Below, piece after piece: positions 25,465-39,599 of a DNA stretch of 64,000 bases. Under the pieces are notes generated by a model. The model had not been told where the DNA came from. It searched no databases and saw only the letters and a program-made list of their open reading frames with translations. Location: contig NEEC01000018.1 of NCBI GenBank assembly GCA_002189035.1, forward strand, positions 186,001 to 250,000, given 5' to 3'. Origin of the DNA: Utricularia gibba. Its lineage: Eukaryota > Plantae > Magnoliophyta. Position 1 is the first letter of the stretch. Each line of letters starts with the position of its first letter. The translations under genes were made by a program, and so were the position numbers.

Positions 25465-28400
25465 CTAGGGGAGCATTGACTGAAATATCAGTCCTTGATA
25501 TGGAAGACACACTTGTGTCTTGGTAAAACCCACTTGGTATTTGGCCACCGTCACGCAATGGAACTTCCTCCCTTTAATCCCAGTGTCTTTAGTATATTCA
25601 CTGGTGTTGATAGGTAGATCTTTAACTGGTGTCCTCCCTTCCAGAACACTAACAACTGATGACATGGAGGGTCGAAGAGTTGGTGATGGACTTGTGCACA
25701 AAAGAGCCAACTCTAGCATTCGCATGGCTTCTTCTTTTGAGTAGTTTGAGCCAAGAGTTGGGTCCATAAGATACAGCAAAGTCCCTTGCTCATGCAACGC
25801 ATTTGCCTGAACATGCTGCTGAATGTAAAATAATTGAAGAGAAGAAAAGCTGATACACGCACTTCACTTACCCAATCAAGTAGAAAAATGGACTCGTTTG
25901 GCCTAGAGTTAAAAATGCTTTTTCCACTGACAATTTCCAGCGCAACAACTCCAAAGCTATAGACATCGGCTTTATCTGTCAAATGGCCTCTCATGGCATA
26001 TTCTGGAGCCATATATCCTCTACAGGGGCAGAAGCAAAACATAAAACGGTTTTCTATTGCATCTCATGTAGTGTAAGGAAAATGACGGTACCTAGTTCCA
26101 GCAATTCTTGTGCTGATATGAGTATTTTCTTCTTCATCAAACTTAGCCAAGCCAAAATCCGATATCTTGGCATTCAAATCCTTGTCCAGAAGAACGTTTG
26201 TACCCTTAATGTCTCTGTGGATGATTTTAAACCTGGACTCTTCATGGAGATAAGCAAGACCTCTAGCTATTCCAATGCATATCTTCATTCTTGTTGGCCA
26301 GTCGAGGTGTAACCTATCTTCCTCGCTACCTGTTACGAAGAAAAAGACACATGAGGGAAACGCCATCATTAAAAAGGATATTCTTGGATGGATATAAGTT
26401 GCTTATTTACCAAACAAGGCCCGAGCAAGACTGTTGTTTTCCATGTATTCATATACCAAGAGCAACTGGTTTACTTCTATACAACAACCGTAAAGCCTAA
26501 CAAGATTAGGATGCTTTATGGTAGAGATCATGCTGATCTCGTTCAAAAATTCTCGGTTCCCTTGCTTGGACTTTGAGGAAAGCTGTTTGACTGCAATCAA
26601 AGTGCCATCAGACAAAATGCCCTGAAAGAATCAATCGTGATTCAGAAAAAGAGTTTCAAATCTAAAAATCCATACTTAACTAAGTGAAAGCAATGCTCAT
26701 AACTGTACCTTATATACTGGTCCAAATCCACCCTCACCAACTTTGTTGGCAACATCAAAATTATTTGTGGCAGCTCTAATATGTGCCAGTGGGATATTTC
26801 CTATCGGTAAGTCGGGTGCTCGATTTGCTATATTATGCAGTTTAAAAAATGAGATTTCTATCATTATCAGCATAAAGTTATGAAACAAAAGAAAATTAAT
26901 CATTACCAGACTTTTTTCCAAGAAGTCCTTTTCTCCAGAGAATCAGAACCAGTAATACAAAGAAGATGAACACACAGGCAGAAACTACAATTCCTGCGAT
27001 GACTCTGGCAGGAAGCTGTGGGGACTCTAGAAAGTACCAGAAAAATCTTTTAGTTAGAAATAAAAGGAAAGCTAACAAAAATAGAAATTAAAGAAATGCT
27101 GCTGCATGTACTTGACGTTACTGCAATGGCAGAAATCAATGGTCCATAGACTCCTTTATACGGAATGTTTGATGTCCCTTTACCCCTCCAGTATAAATGG
27201 ATCTGGAGTGTGCTGTCATTGACAAAAGCATCAAATTCCTTGTATATGCCTCTACGTACACCGTTGGCTTCTTTTGCAATGTCAAAGTTCGTCAAAACTA
27301 CATTCCCCTGTCATGTAATTTTAGTGAAGTGTTTTTTCAACATGGGAAACTGATAACTGTCAACTTACTTGGATTTTCACATCAAAAACCCTTCTCCCAA
27401 GGCTTCCAAAACCGGGGGCATCAGCAATCATTATTTCTGCAAAATACAGGCGAACTTTGTATCTACCTTTGCGCAGGCAATAACCATAATACCGAAGCGA
27501 AGAAGGGGATTGACGTCCGGTTTGGTAAAGGTCAGAATTCCCAGATATCAATGGTGAGCTCGTGTATGGAGTAAACGTCATACTCCGATTCCCCATGAAC
27601 GCACCCGTGCTTGTAAAAAACCATCTATTTGCATTATTATATTCAACGTGTGATATACCATCACCATTCGTGTTCTCATCGTATGTATTCTTTTCAACGA
27701 CTGCTTTAGGTCCTCCACAGTTAATGAAAAATGAAGATCCTGAAACACAGAAATCAACACACATGTTTCACATTTATCAATTAAAAAATTCTTTAATTTG
27801 ACCTGTGAAAATCCATTACTCCTTTGTTTTCCTGGGCACTGGAGGGCTTGAGTCTGGCACCAATCGTTTCTACATATAATATCTACAATATCTAAAACAC
27901 GCCAAAAAAAAAAGGAACAGTGCGTAGGGTTTCAAAAAACCTACTTGTTTCCTGATGAATTCGAAAGACTAGCCACAAAGTTTCTGCACAGTTTAGCAAT
28001 CCCCTTTAGTAAGGACATCTTGATCATTACAAACGATTATAAGAACTTACAAACTAGAAGCCTCGGAGCAACTTATCGGTTTTTGTGGTGGCATCGTGAA
28101 GTTATTGTATGAGAGATCCCTGTGGTTTGTCATAGAATTCCAAGTTAAAAAAGATATTTCAGCCCCAATTATATGAAATTCTTACATGTAATTATTTCTA
28201 GCAGAGATCCACTCAGGTATTTTTCCAGTTAGTGAATTTTGGGACAAGAACCTGTAGAGAATTAAAACCAACCAGTTAAGAAAAATCATTAGACTCAGCT
28301 TTGGGGATAATCAAAAAATAAACAACCAGAGGCATTGATCTTATCAAATTGATGCCGACTTACATGGTCAAATCCTTTGTCTTAGGGATGACTTCGAAAG

Positions 28401-31400
28401 TGTTGGGAATTTCACCAGACAAGTTGTTGAAACTCAAGTCCCTAAAGATTAATAAAAGAAGAAAATGATCACAAACCTCTATTTTTCTTTAATAGAAAAA
28501 TGATAAACCTCTATTAAAGAAGAAAATGTTGAACCAACATTTGCACACCAAGTACATCAAAAGTTCATTTTCTGATGTGGTATTTTAATACAAAATATTC
28601 ATACAATGTCGTGAGGTTTATCATTTTTCCCACGTATGCAGGAATCGAACCAGTAATTGAGCAATTTTTTAATCCCCTGCATCGATGATAAGCAAAAATG
28701 AAATTATTACGAAGATACTAAGACAGTGGAGATTAGTTAAGAAAATGCCTCTTACAGATATTGAATCTCTGCGGTATTTTCAAGATTGGGGAAACCTTGG
28801 CTTGGTCCTGCGAGATCTGAAATCCTCCTAAAAATCAAAACCATCAGACAGTTAATGCTGTTTATGAAGTTGAGTTTAGAGAAACACAAACTTAGGTGAA
28901 GCGTTATTGGAAGATGATTAGAGCATTCAATACTCTTACAATTCTTTTAACTTTGTTAATAGAGCAATTGTGTCAGGAATAGGACCCTCCATGGACGTGC
29001 CTTGCATGTAACTGGGATATATAAATCAACCCACACCCCATATGAGTTTCATTCCATGAAAATTTCCAAAGACTTAATAAATGAGATGCCTCAAACTCAC
29101 AACAGTTGAAGTTGACTCCAGTTGCCAATGAAGTCAGGAATTCTTCCAGTGATCTGCATCCCATCCATCCGGCTGCATACACATCAAGCATTACTCATCC
29201 TGGCGGACTACTTAGACATATCATGTTATGGATCCCAAAATGTTGTGCCATTCTTACAAATCTGTCAAGTTCCTCAGATTGGCATAAGAAGTTGGTATTG
29301 GGCCAGTCAGATTATTTGAGGAGAGCAATCTGCAAACATTTTCAATTTATTTGAGCACTCTCTTAACTACAAACCTTGCATTTATTCATGGAAACAAGTA
29401 TAATGGACCGCAGCGCACCAAGTATCAAGTTAGAAGAGGTAAATGTTCTTCAAATGAAATGAGCAATGAGGGAAAATAGCTATCTTACAGTCTCCTTAAA
29501 TTCCTCAAATTTCCTAGGCTGTTTGGAAGATTTCCTTCAAGAAAATTACCATCCAAAACCCTGCAAGTTGTGTAGCGAATAGAAACCAGATGTTATATTT
29601 TCCAAGATGCGAGTTCCATAAATCTCATCCATAAATACCCATTTAATTTCATTTACACAACAAAGGCAAGACAACCCACACTTTTGAATCATTAAATGTT
29701 CATCACTCACAGCTCTTCAAGATCAGCAATTTCACCAATCTCGTCTGGGATTCTACCACTAATACGGTTTCCAAGCAAAGCACTGAAAAATAAATTGCAA
29801 ATCAATTAATTTTCTAGAAAAGCTGTCGATGGTCCTAGGCTTGAAAACAGAGCTTACAATATTTTGACACGAAGCTGTCCATACGCACTAGGAATTGTTC
29901 CATTCAAGAAATTCCGGGAGAGATCACTGCATGATGAAAAAAAAGGTCATAATTTTGCAACTTAGAATCTCATGGCACAAACGTATCTAGCTCTTACTTA
30001 CATCTCCTGTAAATATGTAAGATTAAGAAACTCCAAAGGCAACGTTCCCCCAAATCAAGACCCTTCAACACGCTGAGCATTGCAAAATAATGACCAAAAA
30101 AACACAAGGGCTCAGGAATAACATATTAGAGTTGAAGAAAGGAAAGGGCATGGTGCGTACATGTTAGTGACATGACAAACAGTAGAGTTCTGGAAGGTGC
30201 AGTTACACGTTACATCGCTCAGTATCTGAGGGTCTCTTTGGATGCTAAGATCAAATCCACTAGCTCTCCTGTCGACGCAAGCATGCCGTGTAACATTCCA
30301 GTACTTGTTTTGCAGCGTCGAGGAAATCGTTCGAAGAGCACCAACTGTTTGATAAAATAAATATGGATGGATATGTTTGATAGATAGCTTAAGATTGGTT
30401 TTGAGAGATATTTTATTTCATAAGAAATTACAAATTGATTTAAGATAATTTTAAATCTGTTAATAAAAAATATGAGAAACCATATGCTTTATATTGAAGT
30501 ATGTATTTATTTTCATTTTGTCTCTTTTTAAATCCAATTAGGTTTTTCCGTTTGTTCAAAGCTCTATTATCTTTAGAAAATGATCCCATACCATGTAATG
30601 AAATGAAATTTGTATCTTTCTTTTTGTGCTTCCAGAGATGACACACTTTACACAAATCAAGTGTTATTTTAAAAAAATAATCGCCATAGTTGTCTTCTTA
30701 ACTATTATCTAGAAATACATGATTTTATTTACATTTAGATTTTTTTATCTTAATTTCTAACATAAATTAAGATAACTTATTTTATTCAAGATGTATAAAA
30801 AAATTGAGATAAATGACTTAATCTCTATACTATAAATAAAAAGTATAATTCAAATATCTTTTCAGTACTAAATATATTTTAAATATAAGTTTAGAGATTG
30901 TATTTTATTTTAAGTTATGTAACTAAAATGTTGAACATATATGAGGTAATTCAGTCGAGCAGGGCATGCTTCATGCTCAATGCTCATTATCATTTCGACA
31001 TCAACTGGGCCTACACTATTTTGCAAACTTTTTCAATGGATTTGTTTGAAATGAAGATTCCCATTTTTTAGAATCTGGATATGTGCATCCGGGGGAATCC
31101 TCTATATTTCAATTTACTTGTATTTTACAATTGGAATATTATTATCATTGACAAAGTTTCAAATCCTGAAGATCTATAATTTGTAAAGTCTACTCTAATA
31201 TTTTATTTTTTGTATAAATAATTCATCTTTATGTTCAATTTTTGAGGTGATGATACATACCACCTGCATTATTTTTTAATTTTATAAAATGTATTTTGTT
31301 ATAAATTGTTCAATTAATAAATAGTAATTAAAAATATTGTGATGTATGGGTATACTTTGAATTCATGTATCCACGAATCCGAGTATACATCTCCGGATTC

Positions 31401-31620
31401 TAATCTGGAAAGAAGTTAATTATGTAAAAATTATATTGCAACCCATGCAGAAGGCAGATATCTAAAGAAACCGGGCGAGAGCGCGGCGGCAGTAGAGTTG
31501 GGATAGCGTACCTTCTTCTTCAGACAGAAGCTGCGCGGCGCAGGAGCAGGAGCATAGCAGCAGCGCCAAAGCACCCGCAAGAGCAACTCTTTGGATCAGC
31601 CAAAGACGAGAGTTCTCCAT
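25465..31620 (-). CDS. LRR-malectin receptor-like Ser/Thr kinase (LRR-VIII-2, At1g53430/At1g53440-like), 24 exons; frameshifted in exon 3 as read
   Basis: Exons: 31620-31512, 30344-30161, 30072-30002 (71 nt), 29926-29858, 29782-29711, 29560-29489, 29329-29258, 29172-29101, 29011-28940, 28827-28756, 28676-28605, 28441-28364, 28251-28186, 28119-28051, 27983-27945, 27869-27820, 27739-27369, 27307-27112, 27026-26907, 26827-26709, 26621-26411, 26329-26092, 26019-25872, 25806-25465. Features: signal peptide then AQLLSEEE, 72-nt LRR exons, malectin FINCGG..LRYYG, a TM helix, and kinase GEGGFG/AVK/HRD/DFG/APE intact. Restoring 1 nt gives 994 aa. Confidence 0.9.
31071..31400. mobile_element. Putative 330-bp MITE in intron 1 of the RLK
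   Basis: Imperfect TIRs GAATCTGGATATGTGCATCCGG / CCGAGTATACATCTCCGGATTC (16 of 22 match), with TA on both flanks. Confidence 0.4.
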
Positions 31621-32905
31621 TACCTCCAGGATCTGAGAGTCCGGATGATGAGAGACTTCTGTACTAATGATTTGTTGTATTCAAAACTACGACAAATGTG
31701 GCTGCCATTCAGAAGCTCGTCAAACGTCGTGGGAGAGACCCACCGATGTGTTATTTTAATAGGCAATCATTCACATTATTTTAAGAAACATTCAACGACA
31801 AACATCATGCCTTAACAACCGATGTTGACTCTCAAACAGAAGAAATGAAGCTCCCAAAGAAAGAAGATGAAGAAGCAGAAGAAGTAGATATTAGAAAGAG
31901 CTAATAGACGCACTGTTTATGTTTCGAAAAGTAATAACGCACGTCATTCACAATCGCTAATACTGTCATAATTTTTTATTTGTTTACATATTTTGGTACT
32001 TTTTAATATTTTAATTGAAAATTTATACCATTATTTTTAATTTACTCAAAAAGTAATTTTTTTTAAGATGAAAATACATTAGACTTGAAAAACCTCTACT
32101 CAGTTTTGTTACTTTATCTCATATGTATGGTATTAGGATATGACTAATGGCAAAGCGTATGGTGATCCCTTGCTAAGGTATATTCCATCATCCAAGGCTA
32201 TAGAAATTTTGACAAAATGTATAATGGGGCATGTGGTGTACACTTTAGAGCATTCACATTGGTATTCAAAATTAAGTGATATGATAATAGTGGACCCACC
32301 TTGAAAAGTATGTAAGAGGATGTGAAATCTATCAATATTATGGAAAATTGAAAATTGCTGTCATTGTAACCCTATAGTTCACACTCCCATCCTATCCCTT
32401 TGTAAGACCTTTCACTTTGATTCTAGGATAGCGACATTAAAGGAAAGAAAATTATTTTCTCCAACCTGACGGGGTGAGAACCCAACTCCTAATGACCTCA
32501 TAACCCAATGGCAAGATATATGAGGGGCTTCAGTTGAGAATGATGTCCCAACTTCAAGGATCCTTGTTTTGGCTGATAGAAGATTGAGGTTATTTAAGAG
32601 AATTTCGTTGGATACCTGATGGATCTATTAATAGCATGTAATTATTAGTTATCTTGGTAAGATAAATATATCTATTTTTCTCACACCACACTCTCACCTT
32701 ATATGATATTTTTCGTTTTGGATACTCAATTTTCATGATTTTATGTTCTTTTTCGAAAAAAAGGCCTCATGTAAGATTGTGAGTATTTCTCTATTTAAGT
32801 GTGTCCCTTCCTCCGCCCGTAACTGTTAATTGCCATTTTCTAGTTATTTATTAGATGTTATTATGTATTAATCTAGTGTTTAGTTGTCCAATTTAGGATT
32901 TATAT

Positions 32906-34108
32906 TGATAAATATTGTATTTCCTTAGAAAAATTCTATTTTCCTATTTTGTATATATTTTTTGTTTTTTTTTCGTGTGTTTTGACCGAGACATGTCAAG
33001 AGACTGTCGTAGAGTGTTGCAGGAGTATTGCAGGTGGCTAGACTCTGACTTTTCATGCCTTGTACGCGACTTGGAACGATTGTGAGCTGAAGACTTACAT
33101 TAGTCAAGGCCGTGACTTACGACATGTCAGAGTCTGCAGCAATGATTAGGTGCTAACTTGCATGCAAAGGAAAGCTGATGGTGTACGCAAGACAGAAGGA
33201 ATGATGGAAAGGAGACCCAAAGGAGTTAATGCACATGGGGAGTGAGATAAAAACCCACTTGGAATACTTGTTTGAGAACTTTTTGAACCTTTGTTTCTAG
33301 ACTTAGAACTTTTGAGTTCTTCCTTTCTTCAAGGAGGAAGAACACTTAGTTTCCAATTTCATTTCTGTTTTCATGGCTCTTTGTGGCTAAAACCCTTTAA
33401 TTTCTGGGAGAAGATGAAGTTTCCTTCCAAGTCTTGAGCAATACACTCGGTTCTTCACAGAATTCACTTCGGATTCTGCATACTTCCCCGCATCTTGTTG
33501 CAGTCTTTCTGTAATGACTCTTAGTCAAGGTCCATGAATAGCAGGCCTCTCCTCACGGATTTTGGTGAAGATCAAGGTGAAGAGCACCAACTCCAACACT
33601 GTGTTCAAGGGAAGTAGCAGATTGTTTGTGGCCTAGGTATTGCGACAGTGGACAGGTTGTGACCTCGTACCTGCCACTGGCTATTGGCAACAGCTGGGCA
33701 CACGTGTGCAATTCGGTTTTGAAGGCAATCAAAGGCAATCCTCTTGATATCAGAGTGTAAGGGAGAGTAGGCTATTCTTTGCTCCTATAGCCAGCTATTA
33801 GGAAGAAATCAATGAAAACCGAGGGAAGGATCGACAAAGGAAGGAGACGAAATCTTATTCCTAGGAATTGCGTCCCGTAGTCAAGGTCCATCACTTAAGT
33901 TGTAACTTTTATTTCTACATTACACAAACCCCCTTTTACAAAACCGTGACATTTTGTAAAAGTTTCTTACAAAACACTTTTCACGAAAAACAATTCCCTG
34001 AGATCGATACTTGTACTATGCTTTTTGGTGTTTTACGTTTTAAATATTTAAAATTTGTTGAAGAAACTATTTATATTTCCATTGTTTTTTATGTTCTTTC
34101 TTCTATCA
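32906..34108 (+). mobile_element. Athila-type LTR (about 1.2 kb) with a degenerate PBS-like tail
   Basis: TGATAA...CTATCA termini, U5-like caattccctgagatcgatacttgtact, followed by aattgcgacttg. No TSD. Confidence 0.4.
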
Positions 34109-37100
34109 AATTGCGACTTGAGCATGTTTTAGATTATGTTTGATGTACTAGTTGCACTTCTCTTCCACAACAATAGCTAAGTACCATGTGGTGCTTTGGG
34201 ATGAAAAGAATAATTATATTCATTGTTCATTAGACTAACTTAATTGTATAATCACATTGTCTTCTGAACAAATCAGAATAGATTCAGGAGAGTGGGTTGT
34301 GATATTCATTTTAAAACAACTCTAATTAGAGAAATATCAAAGATTAGGGGAAGACAAATGTTTAGGTAGACTTGAATTTTTGATATATTAGATGAATGAT
34401 TTTTGGTTTGAGATGGGATAAATAATAGAAAATTTTTATTGTTTTTACTGCATTTTATTGTAGACTATATTAGTCCAAGATTAGCCTTAACCTTTATCAT
34501 AACAAAAACAGATTATGTCAATCTCCACACAACAAGCACAATGCTTATTGTATTCTTTCTTAATTCACTATGTTTGTATTTTTCATATGATTGATTGTAA
34601 ATTAGGCTTATAAATTTATTTGATATGTGGAATTATATATTTACGATGTGTGCAAATTTTCTATTTATTAGTAGGCATTATTACCTCATTACTATGTTAT
34701 TTAATTTGTTTATGTAACATTTTACATTCTGTTGCATATAATGACTATGCAAACATAAGTTTAGCCAAACATTGAATAATATGGATTGTGGTACTTGGTT
34801 GTTACCCCATTGTTTTCTTGCATCTCCAAAGATCCATAACATCAAGCATACACTATAATGCACACTATTCGGTGTTTGCTTAAACATGTAAAGATCCACA
34901 AGTTCAAGCAAGCATTACAATTAGCACTATACTTTGTCCAAAAATACATCATTAACTTCTCTCAATTGAAAATAGAATTGAAGGTAGATAGTGTAGTCTA
35001 CTACTATGTCAAAATATCTAAGAAAAATCATAATATGCTCTTTGGAATCCCACATTATTCTCTAGAAAATGGAGTATGTTCAATCATGGTGATCAGTAAT
35101 GATTGAAGCTGAATTCTTCATATCTTGATTGATGGTAATGCAATTGAACCAAGTTTTCTTACATGTCTAAAATTTTCTTCCAAGTGGAGGTCATCATAGG
35201 AACTTATTGTAGTTATTTTAGTATTAGCCTATTTATGAATATACTTGATTCTTGATTCTTCCTCGCGAAATAGTTCATTAATTTATCAATTTCTACTATA
35301 TATCTACATTTATCTTTTATGGTGTTCTCAATCAAAATCTTTTGTGACTTCAAATCTATCCCTTCAAATCTATCAATCTGCATTCATGTGTTGGCTTGTT
35401 TCTCAAAAACCCCATCGGTCTCCTTACAATGTTGGAGGTGAGTTTTCACCTTACTTTGTAGATTGAGGATTGCACATGTCATAAATCATACTCTTGTTGT
35501 ACGATATTTTTGGTGTTGAGCATCTAACATTTACAATTTCACATTCTCTACTTTCGGAAGAAAGGCCTCATATAAGATTAGAAAAAATCACTCTATTTAA
35601 ACATGTTCCTTCCCCTATTCATAACCAATTTGTGATACCATCATTAGGCTCATACCCTTACAACAAATCCTCTTTCAACATTCTATATCATTTGTACAAA
35701 GAATTTGGGTTTTTCTCCTACTTCTTGAGGGTGATCTTCAAAAGTTTTGTTTTCTTGGCATCCTTGCATAAGTACAGATGATGGACATGTTTCATTAGCA
35801 CGTGGTTGCTTGTGCATTCATAGATTATTTTCGAACTTTCTGTTTGTTTTTCTTGGATCTGATAATGCACCTATATTTCCTCCCGAGAACTCCAAACCTC
35901 AATTTGATTATAACTTTAGGCTTGATCAGTCTTGTATAAGCTCTTGATAAGATCGAATACTATGCCTTTCGTACGAGGCTACCCATTCACACAAGTGAAG
36001 ATTTGCTTATCCATATTCTTCTTTCATATAAGTTAGTAAAGTTGAATTAGTAGCCCTCCTTTGATATTTTCTTAAAGTCTATTCTAGTAGACTCTCATAT
36101 TCATGTATGACCAAATGGTTATCCTCTTATCTAAAATGCTTTATGTATATGTTTTCCTTTTATTCTCGTACATTTATCGACTTACCAACATAATAATCCA
36201 ATAAATCCTATCAATTTCCAAATCCAATGAATACAATTGGATTGAATTCGTATGCTTATACATGTTACATAAATTAAGAGTATTTTCTTGTGCAAACACA
36301 TAAAATAGAAAACATTCAGAAAAGAAAATTAAAAGAAATAAAATTCTTTACAAATGGGCTCAAAAACATGATGATAATTATACAAGTGTACAATAACCGT
36401 TGATGAAATAAATAAAAATTTCTCCACAAGGAATTGTGAATGTTCTTAAAGTGGACTCAAAATAGTGAAAAATAAGAAAAAAATGGGTTTAAAAAACAAG
36501 TTGAAGCTTACCCCAATGTATATGTGTTTATAGCTAAAAGAGTAACTTGTTTGTATAAGTTTTATGGATGTTATTTCAAAAGTAGTGTTATTTGTTGACT
36601 TATTATAGCACTATTTCTTATTTAGTAAAATTATAGAATCAATTATATTATTACTGTTATTTTACTTATCCTGGTAATCAAGTTTTTCTCACATTCGATC
36701 ATAACATCTACATCTCACACATCATAGATAGTTTACACTAAATGTGTTTTTATATTGATATCCAATTGATCCATTGTTATTAGCTATGCTAGGTCAATCT
36801 TTGATTTTTTTCATATGATCTATTTGTTTGTGATAATGAATAGCACGTTAATAAGGAAAATATTATGTAAAATAAAATTAAATCTTTGTTGGTGATCACA
36901 TCTTTTCATACAATGAAAGATGTGAATCTTTTGTTAAGTTTTCTTCATGAATTTGAATTAAATATACTATACAAAAATTAACTCTAAATCTTCGTTTAAA
37001 TCTCAAATCTTGGGTTTAATCTTCATCTTTAGATGCCTTAATCATCTTAATTTCACCCTCACGTAGATCATTATAATTTTTTTCTAACTTAAGCTGAAAT

Positions 37101-38044
37101 CATCTTACAAAATGCATTTTACATAAAAAAAGATCAAATTAATACAAAACATTTAAAATCATTTAAAAATATAGGAATGCTAACTAAAAGATATATAAAA
37201 CGATTTAAAAGAATTGGGTGTTTTTAATAAAATATCTGTGTCGGACAAATTTTTTTACTATTATCAAAATATGTGTAGTTTATAAATTTCTTGCTAAAAT
37301 ACCTATATTTTTTTACTATTAGCAGGGTGTTTGCTCAACAAACTTTATCGAATAGTACCTATTAATGAGAGATATGAACGAAAAGCTTATAGAAAACTCA
37401 TTTTTTCTGATTTATATGAAGCCGGTAAACAAACTGCGAATTAATGGGTAATTGAACCTATATATACAGAAAACAATAATTGATCCAAATTTTTGAAATG
37501 GAGATTTTAATTTTATTTTTGTAATTTCAGATTTTCGGCAATCTATTAAGTTAATATTTAAATTATGTATTGCTATGTTTATGGGAAAATACATTTTGAG
37601 AAATAATTTAATAAAATAGAAGTTAAAATTTTCTATTTCTTAAAAATGAAATACTATTCAAATCAATAAAATAGAATTCAATTATATTTGAAAAAAAAAC
37701 TCTTCAAAATGTATCTTTATTAATATTTTGAATTTTTGGCATTAAAATATATTATATTTTTTTGATCTCTCTAAAATTTCTATTTCTGAATCCAATTCGG
37801 AATCTGAAATTTTCCAAATTTCCAATTAAAAAATCATGAAGACTTTTGAAAGCTTTTTTAGTAATAAAATATTTGATTAAAAATAAAATTAAAAGATATA
37901 ATCAAACTACAGGTATTTTGATGAATAAAAAAACAATAGGCATTTTAGAAAAAACATTCTAACATAGGCAATATATTAAATTCATCATAAGAATTGTGAA
38001 AATTTAGAAATATTTGTGATAAAATGCCATTTATCACTAATCGA

Positions 38045-38238
38045 TACCCCAACATCTGCAGGTGTTGGTTACTTTTGTGCCTGCTATGCGACCTTGCTTT
38101 TCAATGCTCCTTTTCACAGTCCGATATGTGTCAAACTTCTGATACATATCGGACTGTCGACTGACGTTAACCTATCAAGACTCCTTTTGGCAGTCTTTCA
38201 AAATCCGATCATCCCCAACCGATTTACACTCCATCACA
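38045..38238 (-). mobile_element. U3 fragment of the Tat-like LTR family
   Basis: ccccaacatctgcaggtgttggttacttttgtgcctgctatgcg aligns to 8722-8765, and the end gatttacactccatcaca aligns to gatttataccccatcaaca (8950). Confidence 0.65.
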
Positions 38239-39599
38239 ACCTATCTCATAGCATGAAAGACAGCTGAATTTTATGCACATCAATCTTATCATTAAGCATT
38301 CACGAACACTTCAACAAAAGTTTTCAAGAACCATTTGCAACTTAGGAACAAATAACGACTAGCATTCTCTAAATAGTCCATGCTAATCCATTCATGCATA
38401 GACACTATTTGTTGAATGACTATCGTTATATCCACACTAGGATTGCAAATAGTCAATAGCTAAGGCTTGTGCTTTCTTACCAATGTCTAAAAACTAGACT
38501 ACAATGTCATAGTGCTTCATGCACCACTGCATGATTTCTCTACGCACCAAGTGCGATGCCCTATATACCAAATGAAGAGTAGTGAGGATTTCTTTTGCGT
38601 TGCACATAGACAAGCACTGCAAAAAAAAAAAAAAAAAAATACCCAGAGTTCTACCAGTACATCCTTCACTCCGAAAATCTGCAAGAACACCAAGACGTGA
38701 GCCATACACAATGGCGAAAAGTGTGATAGTGGCATAGTGAAGCTAAGATCTTTATAAGGAATGGGGTGGAGGCAGCTTCAACCTATAATGAAAATGCTCG
38801 GTGCTCACACAAAAGATGGTGGTGCCAACTCTTTGCGGAGGTTCGGAATCAGAAGAATGTCCTGGTAATTTATCCCACATCACATAGGTTTTTGGAATTG
38901 AAAAACATGCTTGCAACTAATCTGCATAAATACCTGAACTCAACCTTGGAAATGTCATTTTCAGTGTGTCGTTGATTCAAGGTACACCATAGATGATGAA
39001 GAAGTGAAGTGGTAGATTATGTGCGGTATTGGGTGTTTGCTGTCGAGTGGTTTTTGCGGTGCTTCATCAGGAGAGTATGATGGAAGAGGAGGATGAAATA
39101 CTCATTGGAAATAATGCATTGTCATTAAGAATAATGAAGTGCCAAATGCAATTAATGTGCACAAAGAGGAATTGAATTCACATTGTGTAACTTCCAAGTC
39201 CTAATAAGTGGTGGTTACTTTTTCTTAATGATAATAATAATTTTATAGTGAGTTTTAATTGGAAAAAATGTATTATTTTATAGGAATTAGCATCTTACCA
39301 GGAATTTCGACATTTTAGTAGTAATCTAAGCTTTATTTTTACTGAAAAATTTGGAGTAAGTCAATAATTTAGTTTAAATCTTGTTCTTATTTTATTATTC
39401 TAAGTTAGCAGCATACACAAGTATTTCACATCTCAGGAGTCTATGACGAGTCATGCCTACTCTAAGAAATGAGACAGCAAATGGAAGTCTATGATAACAT
39501 AAAAAAGAGGGAAAGAAAGGAAGGTATACATGAATCAAAAAAACGGAAGGAATAAAAGAGGAAAGAGAGGATGAAAAAAAAGATGGGGATGATGAAAAA

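Noticed and set aside
34780-36100. Possible SIRE/copia gag relic on the minus strand
   Set aside because: Only faint resemblance (..LYLCKDAKK..) in broken frames; not enough to call.
38117-38156. Hairpin as a miRNA precursor
   Set aside because: The 17-bp stem in 40 nt is too short for a plant pre-miRNA, and it lies within an LTR fragment.
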